Shown here piece by piece: positions 47,695 through 58,526 of a stretch of 64,000 nucleotides of DNA (position 1 is its first letter; each line of letters opens with the position of its first letter). The translations under genes and the position numbers were made by a program. The stretch spans positions 62,192 to 126,191 of the forward strand of contig JAAEUE010000072.1 in the NCBI GenBank assembly GCA_024227565.1, in the 5' to 3' direction. The DNA is from Alphaproteobacteria bacterium. GTDB lineage: Bacteria > Pseudomonadota > Alphaproteobacteria > Rhizobiales > CAJQND01. The notes under the pieces are model-generated. The model did not search any database. It was given only the letters and a program-made list of their open reading frames with translations, and had not been told where the DNA came from.

Positions 47695-48669
47695 ATGGAC
47701 GCCCTCTACGGATACATGCTCTACGGCATCTCACTGGCAACAATGGGCGGGATCTATGCGGTCCTCACCCTGGGGCTCAACGTGCAATGGGGCTTTGCCG
47801 GGCTGTTCAATGCAGGCATTGCCGGCTTCTTCGGCATCGGCGCCTACACAACCGCCATCCTCACCACATCGGCCACCCACCGGCACATCGGCGGCTTTGA
47901 GATGCCCTACATCGTGGGTTTCCTGGCCGCCATGCTGATTTGCGGCGTCATCGCCTATCTGGTGGGCAAGGTGTGCTTGCGTCTGCGAAGCGACTATCTG
48001 GCCATTGCAACCATTGGCATTGCCGAGATCTTCCGGCTCATTTTGAAGAACGAAACCTGGGCCACCAACGGCCCGCGCGGCGTCTCTGAAATTCCAAAAC
48101 CGTTCGAGCATTGGCCCGAACCCTGGAACCAATTCGGCTTCCTGTTGTTGGTGCTGGTCGTCGTCGCGATCGTCTACGTTCTTGTGGAAGTGGCCCGGAA
48201 ATCCCCCTGGGGCCGGGTGATGACCGCGATCCGGGAAAATGAACCCTCAGCCAAGGCGGCGGGCAAGAATGTCGAGAACTTCCGCATGGAAGGCTTCGTC
48301 ATCGGCTGCATGATCATGGCGCTCGCCGGCGCGTTGATGGCGCACTATCTGAAATTCGTTGACCCCAACGCCACAGATCCCCTGCTCGCAACCTTCCTGG
48401 TTTGGGTGATGCTCATCGTGGGCGGCAGTGCCAACAACAAGGGGGCAATTCTCGGCGCGTTTCTCATGTGGGTCGTCTGGTCGGCCACCGAGATCGTCAC
48501 CAGCCGCCTGCCCGATGAGCTGGCGATCAGGGCGGCTTATATCCGGATTTTCCTGATTGGCCTCATGCTTCAGATCTTTCTGCAGAAGTTCCCGCAGGGC
48601 ATTTTGCCCGAAAAACGCCCGGACGTAGCCAAATCCAACGGGAATGCCGAAACCAAGATGGCCGATTGA
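47695..48669 (+). CDS. Liv-type ABC permease (LivM-like)
   Basis: GLNVQWGFAG, LRLRSDYLAI, WGRVMTAIRENE. Confidence 0.92.
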   Translation: MDALYGYMLYGISLATMGGIYAVLTLGLNVQWGFAGLFNAGIAGFFGIGAYTTAILTTSATHRHIGGFEMPYIVGFLAAMLICGVIAYLVGKVCLRLRSDYLAIATIGIAEIFRLILKNETWATNGPRGVSEIPKPFEHWPEPWNQFGFLLLVLVVVAIVYVLVEVARKSPWGRVMTAIRENEPSAKAAGKNVENFRMEGFVIGCMIMALAGALMAHYLKFVDPNATDPLLATFLVWVMLIVGGSANNKGAILGAFLMWVVWSATEIVTSRLPDELAIRAAYIRIFLIGLMLQIFLQKFPQGILPEKRPDVAKSNGNAETKMAD

Positions 48670-48759
48670 GGCTTGCCTAAAGCGGAACATTCCGGCCATA
48701 TTGCCCGCCATGTGGTGCACGGGAGAACTGCACCAGTAAACGGAGAGGAGTGATACGAA

Positions 48760-49968
48760 ATGAATTTCTTGAAAAAGATGGCCATCACAGCGTCCGCCAT
48801 CGCCATGTTGAGCGTTGGTGCGCAGGCTGGCGAAATTAAGGTTGGTTCTGCTGGTGGCGTAACCGGCCCAATTGCCGAACTGGTGGCTGCAATCGTTAAA
48901 GGCCGTCAGATCGCGACCGAACATGTAAACTCGAACGGTGGCTTGCTGAAGGGCGACACGATGAAGTTGGTGATCGCCGACTCCGCGTGCGACCCGAAAG
49001 CTGCCGTCGACGCCGGCAACAAGCTGGTGAACGTGGAGCAAGTGGTCGGCATCATCGGCCCAAGCTGCTCAGGCGCAACCAACGGCATGGTGTCTTCTGT
49101 CACCATTCCAGCCGGTGTAACCGTTCTGTCTGACAGTGCAACCGCACCGTCAATTTCAGAGCTGAAAGACAAAGACACCGTGTTCCGGGCCTCGGCGTCC
49201 GATGCTTACCAGGGCAAGGCGATTGCCGATATGGTTTGGAAAGCAGGCAAGAAGAAGGTCGCCGTCACCTATTCGAACGACGACTACAATGCCGGCATCG
49301 CCAATGTGTTTGTGAAGGAATTCAAGGCACTCGGCGGCGAAGTAACCGGGAACCAGGCACACGAGCCTAACAAGGCGTCCTATCGCTCAGAGCTGTCCAC
49401 GCTGGCACAAGGCGGTCCGGAAGCTCTTGCACTGTTCGCCTACTACGGCTCCAGCGGCATCACGATTGTGAAGAACAGCCTTGAGAACGGCCTGTTCGGC
49501 AAGTTCTATGCTGCAGACGGAATGTTCGACAAATCAGTTATCGGCCAGATCGGCGCCGACAACCTGAAGGACAACATCTGGATTACCCAGGCAGCCTCCG
49601 ACACCGAAGATGCTTCCTACAAAAACTTCGCTGAAGCTTTCAAAGCTGCTGGCGGAGATCCCGAAGCACCATATGCCGCACACGGGTATGACGTTGCATT
49701 CCTGATGGCCCTGGCTATTGAAAAAGCCGGCGCCGCAGACCGCACCAAGATCAGTGCCGCGCTTCGTGAAGTTGCTGGTCCTGAAGGCGAAGTGGTCCGT
49801 CCAGGTGAATGGGCGAAAGCCAAGAAGTTGATCGCCGACGGCAAGAAGGTCAATTATCAGGGCGCAGCTGGCGTCAACGACTTTGATGCAAACGGTGACG
49901 TTACCGGCCTGTTCAGCGTGAACGTGGTTGGCGATGACGGCAACTGGTCTCGCTCCATGCTGAAATAG
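48760..49968 (+). CDS. Liv-type ABC substrate-binding protein
   Basis: Signal peptide, DSACDP, GPSCSG, FDANGD. Confidence 0.92.
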   Translation: MNFLKKMAITASAIAMLSVGAQAGEIKVGSAGGVTGPIAELVAAIVKGRQIATEHVNSNGGLLKGDTMKLVIADSACDPKAAVDAGNKLVNVEQVVGIIGPSCSGATNGMVSSVTIPAGVTVLSDSATAPSISELKDKDTVFRASASDAYQGKAIADMVWKAGKKKVAVTYSNDDYNAGIANVFVKEFKALGGEVTGNQAHEPNKASYRSELSTLAQGGPEALALFAYYGSSGITIVKNSLENGLFGKFYAADGMFDKSVIGQIGADNLKDNIWITQAASDTEDASYKNFAEAFKAAGGDPEAPYAAHGYDVAFLMALAIEKAGAADRTKISAALREVAGPEGEVVRPGEWAKAKKLIADGKKVNYQGAAGVNDFDANGDVTGLFSVNVVGDDGNWSRSMLK

Positions 49969-50015
49969 GCATTGGGGTTTCCCGTCCCGCTGGCGGGAGA
50001 TCACACCAAGAATTG

Positions 50016-50051
50016 AGGCCCTCTTCCCAAAAACGGGTGGAGGGCCTTTTT
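50016..50051 (+). terminator. Rho-independent terminator
   Basis: AGGCCCTC...GAGGGCCT stem followed by a T-run. Confidence 0.75.
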
Positions 50052-50061
50052 CATGGGCGCT

Positions 50062-50886
50062 TCAGTCTATGGTGATTTTGACCTTCTTAGGCTCGTTCGC
50101 CTTGGCTGCTTCGGCAGCGGCGGCAGCAGCAGCAGCGGCCTTGGCGTCTGCCGCAGCTTGTGCATCGGCGAGCCGTTTCAAATTTTTCTTGCCCTGGGCG
50201 TTGCCGCCGGCTGCAGCAGATCGGTAGAGATCCTTGGCGCGCTTCGGGCTGCGCCGCACGCCCCACCCCATCTCGTAAAGACCGCCAAGATTGTTTTCAG
50301 CCCAACCATAGCGCTGCTTCACAGCCGCACGGAAAAGCTGGGCCGCCTTCAACAGGTCCTGGCTCACGCCCTTGCCACTGAGATAAAGCATGCCGAGGTT
50401 GTTCTGTGCTGCCGGAAATCCCTGCTCGGCCGATTTGCGGTACCAGTTGACGGCGCGGGCATAGTCGAGCGTCAGTCCAAAGCCGAACTGATAACAAAAG
50501 CCGAGCCAGTTTTGCGCACCGCTATGACCCTGTTGGGCAGCGCGGCGGTAGAGCTGTGCGGCCAGATCAGGCGACTGGGCCAGCTTGCCACCGCCCCTGT
50601 GTACCAATCTGGCAAGGCGGTAGGTTGATTCCACATCACCTTGCCTGAGCGCCAGCTTGTACCAATTGGCAGCCGCCAGAAAATCGCGTTTTACGCCCTT
50701 GCCCTCTTCGTAGGCTTTGCCGAGCAACAGCTGCGCTTCGGCGTTTCCAGCCTTGGCGCGCTTCACGGTTGTGCTGAATTTGACCGAGTTCGTGCTCTGC
50801 GCCAAAGCTTGTGGTGTCCCGACCGGGAGGACCAAAAGACCAAGCAACGCAACCGATGCCACGGTGGATTTCAACACTTTTGTCAA
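50062..50886 (-). CDS. Sel1-repeat exported protein
   Basis: Signal peptide; about 5 Sel1 repeats (AQNNLGMLYLSGKGV); Ala-rich tail. Confidence 0.9.
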   Translation of the reverse strand: MTKVLKSTVASVALLGLLVLPVGTPQALAQSTNSVKFSTTVKRAKAGNAEAQLLLGKAYEEGKGVKRDFLAAANWYKLALRQGDVESTYRLARLVHRGGGKLAQSPDLAAQLYRRAAQQGHSGAQNWLGFCYQFGFGLTLDYARAVNWYRKSAEQGFPAAQNNLGMLYLSGKGVSQDLLKAAQLFRAAVKQRYGWAENNLGGLYEMGWGVRRSPKRAKDLYRSAAAGGNAQGKKNLKRLADAQAAADAKAAAAAAAAAEAAKANEPKKVKITID

Positions 50887-51056
50887 CGAAGCTCTCTCAT
50901 TATCGGGTTTCAGGCGCCTCTGTCCTACGGCATTTTTTCATCCGGCTCAACGCCTCAGGCACCACGGATCGCTCGATTGTGACCAAATTTGGGGTATACT
51001 AATCCCAATAAAACGATAATTCGTCAGTGCCTGAGACATCATCACGGGAGGTTATT

Positions 51057-52757
51057 TTGGCCGCAAGCAAAAGCTCCAACCAGCTCGCACAAAATTGGAT
51101 GGGCTCCTACCCGTCCGATGTGGACTGGAATGCCCCCCTTCCCGCCTCCACCCTGCCAGACATGTTTGATGAGGCCGTAAGCGCTTTCGGCCCGCAACCG
51201 CTGACCGACTTTCTGGGCAAAAAGCTGAGTTTCAGTGAGCTGGGCGCGGCCACCAGCCAGCTCGCCGCGGGCCTGCAGAAAGCCGGCATCAAAAAGGGCA
51301 GCAAGATCGGCCTGTTTCTGCCCAACTGCCCCTACTACATCAGCTGCTACTTTGCCGCTCTCAAGCTCGGCGCGATCGTTATCAACTTCAACCCGCTCTA
51401 CACCGAAGAAGAGATCGAGTATCAGGCCCGCGATGCCGGCATCGAGTTGATGGTCACGTTGGACTTGAAGCTCTTGTTCGACAAAATGGTAACGGTGGCC
51501 AAAAGCGGGGCCGTGGACCGGGTGATGGTTTGCCCCTTCCCCGACCTTCTGCCGACAATCAAGAAGTTCCTCTTCAAAATCGCCAAGGGAAAGGAACTGG
51601 CCAGCGTGGACGATGCAGGCCTGGGAGACCGCCTGGTTCACTACGACACGTTGGTGGCCAATGATGGAACCTTCACGCCCGCAGAGCTTGATGCGGAGAC
51701 CGACATTGCCCTGTTTCAATATACCGGCGGCACCACTGGCGTGCCCAAGGGCGCCATGCTGACCCACGCCAATCTGGCGATCAACTGCGAACAAATCCGC
51801 CTGTGGAGCACGGGTATCGAGATCGGCAACGAGCGCATCATGGCCATCCTGCCGTTTTTCCATGTGTTTGCCATGACCTGCATCATGAACACCGCGATTA
51901 AATGCGGCTTTGAGATCATCATCATGCCGCGCTTTGATCTCGACCAGGCTGTCAAGATCATCAAATCGGCCAAGCCCACCCTGCTGCCGGGGGTCCCCAC
52001 GCTTTACACAGCACTGATGAACCATAAGGATCTTGATGCGGGCGGCCTCAGTTCCCTGAAATATTGCATGTCCGGCGGGGCGCCCTTGCCGCTGGAGGTG
52101 AGGCGCAAGTTTGAAGCGCTGGCCGGATGTGGGCTGATTGAAGGATACGGTCTTTCTGAGACTTCGCCGGTGGCCACCGCCAATCCTTACAACGGTTTGG
52201 AAAAGGAAAACTCCATCGGCCAACCCCTGCCCGGCACCTACATTTCGATTCGCTCCCTAGATGATCCAGCAGCCGAAATGAAGGTTAACGAAAACGGCGA
52301 AATCTGCATTGCCGGCCCCCAAGTTATGAACGGCTATTGGAACAAGCCCAAAGAGACTGCCGAAACATTTTCAGGCGAATATTTCCGCACCGGCGATGTG
52401 GGCTACATGGATGAAGACGGCTTCATCTACATTGTCGACCGCATCAAGGACATGATCAATTGCTCTGGCTTCAAGGTCTATCCGCGCCGGATCGAGGACG
52501 CGATCTACGCCCATCCGGCGGTTGATGAGGTCACCGTGATCGGCGTTCCAGATGACTATCGGGGCGAAACGCCAAAGGCCTTCATCAAGCTGAAACCGGG
52601 GCAAACCGCGACCGAAGAGGACATTCGCAAGACGATTGAGCCGAAACTGGCAAAGATCGAGTTGCCCGAATATATCGAGTTCCGCGACGAGCTGCCCAAG
52701 ACCATGGTCGGCAAATTGTCGAAGAAGGAACTGCGCCAGAGCGAACCCTCCAACTAG
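51057..52757 (+). CDS. Long-chain acyl-CoA ligase (FadD/PimA-like)
   Basis: QYTGGTTGVPKG, EGYGLSE, RTGD; TTG at 51057 with GGGAGG RBS. Confidence 0.92.
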   Translation: MAASKSSNQLAQNWMGSYPSDVDWNAPLPASTLPDMFDEAVSAFGPQPLTDFLGKKLSFSELGAATSQLAAGLQKAGIKKGSKIGLFLPNCPYYISCYFAALKLGAIVINFNPLYTEEEIEYQARDAGIELMVTLDLKLLFDKMVTVAKSGAVDRVMVCPFPDLLPTIKKFLFKIAKGKELASVDDAGLGDRLVHYDTLVANDGTFTPAELDAETDIALFQYTGGTTGVPKGAMLTHANLAINCEQIRLWSTGIEIGNERIMAILPFFHVFAMTCIMNTAIKCGFEIIIMPRFDLDQAVKIIKSAKPTLLPGVPTLYTALMNHKDLDAGGLSSLKYCMSGGAPLPLEVRRKFEALAGCGLIEGYGLSETSPVATANPYNGLEKENSIGQPLPGTYISIRSLDDPAAEMKVNENGEICIAGPQVMNGYWNKPKETAETFSGEYFRTGDVGYMDEDGFIYIVDRIKDMINCSGFKVYPRRIEDAIYAHPAVDEVTVIGVPDDYRGETPKAFIKLKPGQTATEEDIRKTIEPKLAKIELPEYIEFRDELPKTMVGKLSKKELRQSEPSN

Positions 52758-52999
52758 TTCTTGTGATCGGCGGTCCTGGCCACGCCTAAATGCAAAAGCG
52801 CAAGCCGGCCGCGCACATGCGATTCTCCAAGTCGCCCCCCTCCGCCCTTAGCCAAGGGACGTGAGACGCCGAAATGTTAACCACGTTGTTTAAACTTTTA
52901 ACGATCGCCAACCACTTGCCACACAATCGTGGTAATGCCTTTTGGTTGCCTCGAAATCGTCAATTAGTGACGCCATAGTCGAGACAACAGAAGAGTGGG

Positions 53000-53884
53000 A
53001 TGGAGTTGAGTATGGACAGTCAAGCGCAGCAGGGCATCTGGGGCGATGAATTCCATTTTCTTCCGTTTGTATCAATCATGGGTGCCAGTACGATTGGCGC
53101 GGTGAACGCCTCCATGGCGATGGCCCGCGACTGCGTACCCGGCTCGGTTGGCATCATCTTTCTGCTGGCGTGGGGCATTGTCACCTGCATGCTTTTGGTG
53201 GCCGGAAATCAACTCTTCTGCCGCAAGGATTTGGCTCGGAAGCTCAATCGCTCTTCAGTGGCCCGCACCGGGTCCGGTGCAGTGTTTGTGCTTGTCACGC
53301 TGTTCGCTGTCTATGGCACCTACAGTGCTGTGAGCTCCGTGTCGGGGGCGCAAGCACGCACGGCAGTGGTAACCCCAACCCAGCCCTCGGCGGCGCCCGT
53401 CACGACGACAATTCAGGCAGCTGCGCCAAAAATACAAGCGATCGCCCCGAAAGTATCCGGCACCGGATCAGTGCACTATCAGACCTCTTCCCAGCCCTAT
53501 GTCTCAACCAGCAGACTGCCAGCTCCCATAGCGCCCCCTGCCGGTGAATTGGTTGGATTGCCCAAGCCTGCCTCCATCCTTCCGCTCAGTGCGACCGCCA
53601 AGCGCGAGCAAGGCAGCTCGGTCACCAAGCGCACGGCAAAGCCCAAACGCAAAGCGATCAAGAAACGGCGGAATAAGAAAAACACCAAACCGTCAGTGGC
53701 AAAGTCAATTATCGCCAAGCCCGCAAAACCGGCCACCTTCCCGACCGTGGACAGCGCCGCCGCTCCGGCACCTACCCGCCAGCTTCGGGGTCTGACCAAT
53801 GTGCAGAACGGCTCAAACTTCTCTGGAAAATCAACTGGCGGCTGCACCAGCAGAACCTGCCGCGAGAACGATCTCAACCGGTAG
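53000..53884 (+). CDS. Hypothetical membrane protein with Pro/Lys-rich tail
   Basis: 294 aa ORF filling the gap; 2-3 N-terminal TM segments and a low-complexity C-terminus. Confidence 0.6.
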   Translation: MELSMDSQAQQGIWGDEFHFLPFVSIMGASTIGAVNASMAMARDCVPGSVGIIFLLAWGIVTCMLLVAGNQLFCRKDLARKLNRSSVARTGSGAVFVLVTLFAVYGTYSAVSSVSGAQARTAVVTPTQPSAAPVTTTIQAAAPKIQAIAPKVSGTGSVHYQTSSQPYVSTSRLPAPIAPPAGELVGLPKPASILPLSATAKREQGSSVTKRTAKPKRKAIKKRRNKKNTKPSVAKSIIAKPAKPATFPTVDSAAAPAPTRQLRGLTNVQNGSNFSGKSTGGCTSRTCRENDLNR

Positions 53885-55016
53885 CGCCTAGAACAGGAAG
53901 GTCCCCTTTAGCCCAGCCTTCTTGCACGCCTGCGCAATAGTCTGCATAGGCGCCGGCCTCAATCGCGGCACGCGCGCCAGCCATAAGATCCTGATAATAG
54001 GCAATATTTGCCCAAGTCAGCAGCATGGATCCCAGAAACTCGCCGCACCGCATAAGATGGTGCAGATAGGCCCGTGAGTAATCCCGCGCCGCTGGACATG
54101 AGCTTTCAGGATCAAGCGGACGCGGATCGTCTGCGTGGCGCGCATTGCGCAGGTTGATCTTGCCGAACCGGGTGAACGTCTGGCCATGCCGGCCCGACCG
54201 GGTGGGCATAACGCAGTCGAACATATCGATACCCAAGGCCACCGATTTCAAAAGATCATCTGGCGTTCCCACGCCCATGAGATAACGCGGTTTGGGTTTG
54301 GGCATCACCGGCAGCACAGCGTCCAGCACACGCAGCATCTCCGCCTGCCCCTCGCCCACCGCCAGACCGCCGATGGAGTAGCCGGGGAAATCCATGCCTA
54401 TAAGGGCCTCAGCGGAAGCCTCGCGCAAATCTTCATACGTGGAGCCTTGTACAATTCCGAACAGGGCCTGATGGCGTTTGGTGCCAAAGGCCGCCTTGGA
54501 GCGTTCAGCCCAGCGCAACGACATTTCCATGGATGCTTTGGCCTCATCATGGGTTGCCGGATGGGGCGTGCACTCATCGAGCTGCATTTGAATGTCGGAG
54601 CCGAGCAGACCTTGAATCTCAATGGAACGCTCCGGCGTGAGCTCATGGCGCGAGCCGTCTATGTGCGACTGAAAAGTAACGCCGCGCTCGGTCATCTTGC
54701 GCAATTTGGCCAGAGACATCACCTGAAAGCCGCCGGAATCGGTGAGAATGGGATGGGGCCAGCGCATGAACTCATGCAATCCTCCAAGGGCTGCAACCTC
54801 TTCGGCCCCTGGCCGCAGCATGAGGTGATAGGTGTTGCCCAACACAATATCGGCCCCACATCCGCGCACCTGTTCAGGATACATGGCTTTGACCGTTCCG
54901 GCGGTTCCAACGGGCATGAAGGCAGGCGTGCGGATTTCGCCGCGCGGCGTGGTCACGCTACCCCGGCGCGCTGCCCCATCGGTAGCCAACAGATCAAATC
55001 CAAATTCTTTAGCCAT
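53874..55016 (-). CDS. tgt: tRNA-guanine transglycosylase
   Basis: [26 protein letters not shown]. Confidence 0.97.
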   Translation of the reverse strand: MAKEFGFDLLATDGAARRGSVTTPRGEIRTPAFMPVGTAGTVKAMYPEQVRGCGADIVLGNTYHLMLRPGAEEVAALGGLHEFMRWPHPILTDSGGFQVMSLAKLRKMTERGVTFQSHIDGSRHELTPERSIEIQGLLGSDIQMQLDECTPHPATHDEAKASMEMSLRWAERSKAAFGTKRHQALFGIVQGSTYEDLREASAEALIGMDFPGYSIGGLAVGEGQAEMLRVLDAVLPVMPKPKPRYLMGVGTPDDLLKSVALGIDMFDCVMPTRSGRHGQTFTRFGKINLRNARHADDPRPLDPESSCPAARDYSRAYLHHLMRCGEFLGSMLLTWANIAYYQDLMAGARAAIEAGAYADYCAGVQEGWAKGDLPVLGATG

Positions 55017-56095
55017 TACGAAAGGTCCGCGCGGTGCAGCAGGCAGGCATCGCCGTAAGAGTAAAACCGATAGTCATTGTCAATGGCATATGCATAAGCG
55101 GCCTGCATCCGGTCAAGCCCGCTGAACGCAGAGACCAGCATGAAAAGGGTAGACCGGGGCAGGTGAAAATTGGTCAACAACACATCGACCGCCCGAAACT
55201 GATAGCCAGGTGTGATGAAGATGTCGGTACTGCCGGAAAACGGCAGCACACTGCCTTCAGCGTCCGCTGCACTCTCCAGCAAGCGAAGCGACGTGGTGCC
55301 CACAGCAACCACCCTTCCGCCCGCTGCGCGGCACACGTTCAAGCGCTCCGCAACATCGCCTGGCACCTCACCCCATTCTGAATGCATGCGGTGATCGGCA
55401 GTGTCATCGGCCTTCACCGGCAGGAAAGTGCCAGCTCCCACGTGGAGTGTCACAAACTCACATCCAACCCCGGCATCTGCCAGGCGCGCCATGAGCTGAT
55501 CGGTGAAGTGAAGCCCCGCCGTTGGCGCAGCCACCGCCCCATCGCTCTTGGAAAAGATGGTCTGATAGTCTGATTTGTCCTGATCATCGGTTGGGCGCTG
55601 GGAGGCGATATAGGGCGGCAGTGGCATCACGCCCATCTCAGCAATGGCTTCATCCAGCACCGGCCCATCCATGTCAAAGGCCAACTCGATCTCGCCGCCC
55701 TCGCCTTTCGACAACACGGTGGCATTGAGACTGCCGGCAAAGCAAACCGCTCCATCGCCCCCGAAACGCACCACATCCCCAACCGCCAACTTGCGCCCGG
55801 GCTTGGCAAATGCTGCCCAGCGGTCGCTGGCGCTGCGTTGATGCAAGGTCACCTCGATCTTCGGCGTTGCCTCGCCCCGCCCAACACGGCGCCCCGTCAG
55901 GCGCGCCGGTATGACCCGCGTATTGTTGAAGACAAGCACATCGCCCGCCCGCAGCAGTCCGGAAAGGGCGCCAACCGTGTGGTTGACGAAACCCGACGGC
56001 GACACTTCAAGCAACCGCGCAGCATCGCGCGGCACTTTCGGGCGCAGGGCAATCCGGTCTCTCGGAAGATCAAAATCAAACACATCGACGCGCAT
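55016..56095 (-). CDS. queA: SAM:tRNA ribosyltransferase-isomerase
   Basis: [29 protein letters not shown]. Confidence 0.97.
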   Translation of the reverse strand: MRVDVFDFDLPRDRIALRPKVPRDAARLLEVSPSGFVNHTVGALSGLLRAGDVLVFNNTRVIPARLTGRRVGRGEATPKIEVTLHQRSASDRWAAFAKPGRKLAVGDVVRFGGDGAVCFAGSLNATVLSKGEGGEIELAFDMDGPVLDEAIAEMGVMPLPPYIASQRPTDDQDKSDYQTIFSKSDGAVAAPTAGLHFTDQLMARLADAGVGCEFVTLHVGAGTFLPVKADDTADHRMHSEWGEVPGDVAERLNVCRAAGGRVVAVGTTSLRLLESAADAEGSVLPFSGSTDIFITPGYQFRAVDVLLTNFHLPRSTLFMLVSAFSGLDRMQAAYAYAIDNDYRFYSYGDACLLHRADLS

Positions 56096-56125
56096 GGGTG
56101 GTTCCCTGCGCCCGCCTGGCGTGCC

Positions 56126-56599
56126 TTAACTCATGTCTGCTGCAACAACCATGCTGACAATGTGATCAGGATTGGCCACGGGCTCGCCGCGTTCGATCTG
56201 GTCCACATGCTCCATGCCTTCGATAACCTGGCCCCACACGGTGTATTGCCGGTTGAGGAACGAAGCATCGTCAAAGCAAATGAAGAACTGGCTGTTGGCG
56301 CTGTCAGGCATGGATGAACGGGCCATGGACGCGGTGCCCCGCACATGAGGTTCATCGTTGAACTCAGCCTTCAGATCAGGGTATTTGGAGCCGCCGGTAC
56401 CGCTGCCATGGGGGCAGCCGGTTTGCGCCATGAAACCATCAATCACACGGTGGAACTTGATGCCGTCGTAGAATTTTTCGCGGGCCAGCTTCTTGATGTG
56501 GTCCACATGGCCAGGCGCCAGATCAGGGCGCATTTCGATAACCACAGTCCCCTTGCTGGTTTCTATGACGAGTGTGTTTTCTGGGTCTTTGTAAGCCAT
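56126..56599 (-). CDS. Cyclophilin-type peptidyl-prolyl isomerase
   Basis: FHRVIDGFMAQTG, ANSQFFI. Confidence 0.95.
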   Translation of the reverse strand: MAYKDPENTLVIETSKGTVVIEMRPDLAPGHVDHIKKLAREKFYDGIKFHRVIDGFMAQTGCPHGSGTGGSKYPDLKAEFNDEPHVRGTASMARSSMPDSANSQFFICFDDASFLNRQYTVWGQVIEGMEHVDQIERGEPVANPDHIVSMVVAADMS

Positions 56600-56626
56600 C
56601 AAATCAGGCCTTTCTGTCGTTTTGAG

Positions 56627-57181
56627 TTATTTCACGTCTGCGGCGACGCGCAGAGATTTCATGATGTCCGGATTGTTGACCATGCCGGATCCATCCTTGC
56701 CTTTACGCAACTTGTCGATGTGCTCCATCCCGCTGACCACTTCGCCAAACACTGTGTATTTCCCGTTGAGAAACGAGGAGCGCGCATAGGTGATGAAGAA
56801 TTGCGAGTTGGCGCTATCGTCGCTGTGTGCCGCCCGGGCCATACCCAGCGTGCCCCGTTCGTAGGGGGTGAGAGAGAACTCCGCTTTCAGATTAGGATAT
56901 TTCGAGCCACCGGTTCCCGTGCCCGTCGGGTCGCCGGTTTGGGCCATGAAGCCGGGAATCACCCGATGAAACTTGATATTATTGTAGAACCCTTCACGCG
57001 CCAGTTTCTTGATGTGCGCAACATGGTTCGGCGCCAGATCCGGGCGCAGTTTGATGACCGTGCGGCCAAATTTGGTTTCAAGGTAGAGTGTGTTTTCCGG
57101 GTCAAGCGTTTGCGCCTGGGGCGCTGCGCTGAGCGCCACAAGCGCGGACAACACGGTTCCTAGAAATACACGTCTTTTCAT
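56627..57181 (-). CDS. Cyclophilin-type peptidyl-prolyl isomerase, exported
   Basis: Signal peptide; FHRVIPGFMAQTG, ANSQFFI. Confidence 0.95.
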   Translation of the reverse strand: MKRRVFLGTVLSALVALSAAPQAQTLDPENTLYLETKFGRTVIKLRPDLAPNHVAHIKKLAREGFYNNIKFHRVIPGFMAQTGDPTGTGTGGSKYPNLKAEFSLTPYERGTLGMARAAHSDDSANSQFFITYARSSFLNGKYTVFGEVVSGMEHIDKLRKGKDGSGMVNNPDIMKSLRVAADVK

Positions 57182-57210
57182 AGCTCTGTCCTGTAATTTC
57201 ATGAATTGAT

Positions 57211-57696
57211 TCAGTTTTTGGCGATCGCGTCAGCAACAATACCCGGCACAAATCCGGAAATGTCACCGCCCATGGAGGCGATTTGCTTCACCAATGAGGA
57301 GGCAATATGGCGAACCGGCCCGCTGGCCGGCAGAAACACTGTTTCAATGTCCGGCGCAAGCTCCCCGTTCATGCCCGCCATCTGCATTTCATAAGCGTAA
57401 TCAGTGGCATCGCGCAGTCCGCGGATAAGTATGGATGCCCCCGCAGCCCGGGCGGCATCAACCACCAAATTGTCGAAGGTTTCCACAGCAATCTCGCAGC
57501 CGCGTTCAGCCCCAATGGGCCCCGCCACCTTTTCCAGCAGCGCAATGCGGGTTTCAGCCGGCAGAAACGGTTTCTTGGTGTGACTGACCCCCACGGCCAG
57601 CACCAGCTTGTCAACCACACCGCACGCGCGTGCAATGACGTCCACGTGTCCGTTGGTGACCGGGTCAAAGCTGCCTGGATAGTAGCCCGTTCGCAT
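57211..57696 (-). CDS. coaD: Phosphopantetheine adenylyltransferase
   Basis: YPGSFDPVTNGH, IRGLRD, ASSLVKQIA. Confidence 0.96.
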   Translation of the reverse strand: MRTGYYPGSFDPVTNGHVDVIARACGVVDKLVLAVGVSHTKKPFLPAETRIALLEKVAGPIGAERGCEIAVETFDNLVVDAARAAGASILIRGLRDATDYAYEMQMAGMNGELAPDIETVFLPASGPVRHIASSLVKQIASMGGDISGFVPGIVADAIAKN

Positions 57697-57724
57697 AACC
57701 GCCTGTTCTGCTTTCCTCGTTAAA

Positions 57725-58336
57725 TCAACGCCGCACCAGGGCGAGCCAAACACCACCGCCCACCAGAAACGCACCACTGATGCGCTGTGTAAGGCGGATT
57801 CGAGAGCGTGACAACCAATTCCCCGCCCGCCCGGCCGCAAACGCATAGACACTGTCGAAGATAGTGGCGACAAACATGAAAATGACGCCAAGGAAAATGG
57901 TCTGGCCCACATAGTCGGAACTTGCGGTGAGGAACTGCGGAATGAAGGCTCCGTAGAACAACAATGTCTTCGGATTGGACAGCATCACCAGGAAGCCCTG
58001 AAGGAAGAAGTTGGGCCGCCCTGCATCGTCCGCAGCCACCTCGTCAATCTCGCCTGTAGCGGTGATCATCCTATATCCCAGATAAATCAGATAAGCCGCG
58101 CCGGCCAGTCGCAGCCAGTCGAACCACCAGCTCATGGTTTCCATCACGGTGGCAAGTCCGGCCACCAGAATAGCCAACACAACAGCCAATCCAACCTGGC
58201 TTCCGGCAACGTTCATCAGTCCGGCTCTTGTGCCATAGCGCAGGCTATTGGCAATGATCACCGTAACCATGGGCCCCGGCACGATGACCACCAGGAATGA
58301 CGCCAGAACGAAGGTTATGAGAAGCTCAATGGGCAT
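57725..58336 (-). CDS. LysE/RhtB family exporter
   Basis: VPGP, GAAYLIYLG, SNPK, FIPQF. Confidence 0.92.
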   Translation of the reverse strand: MPIELLITFVLASFLVVIVPGPMVTVIIANSLRYGTRAGLMNVAGSQVGLAVVLAILVAGLATVMETMSWWFDWLRLAGAAYLIYLGYRMITATGEIDEVAADDAGRPNFFLQGFLVMLSNPKTLLFYGAFIPQFLTASSDYVGQTIFLGVIFMFVATIFDSVYAFAAGRAGNWLSRSRIRLTQRISGAFLVGGGVWLALVRR

Positions 58337-58455
58337 GGCCGAGATATAAGTCACAGATTGGCGTGGAGCGCCAGAGCCCTTGGCTTACCGGGGCTGTGGA
58401 CGCGCCGGGAAAGGTGCCGATAAAATCGATCCAGGCTCAATGGCTGCCCGCCCAC

Positions 58456-58469
58456 TTGACTCATATCAA
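58456..58469. promoter_or_regulatory. FNR/FixK-type box
   Basis: TTGAC-TCAT-ATCAA, about 57 nt upstream of the USP start. Confidence 0.65.
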
Positions 58470-58526
58470 AATCTGTCCGCGCTCAACGTGCGAATCTCCC
58501 TCCAGCACAAGAGAGAGGATACCTTC

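Noticed and set aside
50100-50165. GCA/GCC triplet run
   Set aside because: Simply encodes the poly-Ala tail of the Sel1 protein.
52877-52902. Full CtrA box
   Set aside because: TTAA spacings are 9 and 4 nt rather than 7, so only half-sites are supported.
56126-57181. Tandem cyclophilins as a recent duplication
   Set aside because: The two are clearly diverged (one exported, one cytoplasmic), and coaD-ppi-ppi-queA-tgt is a common alphaproteobacterial arrangement.
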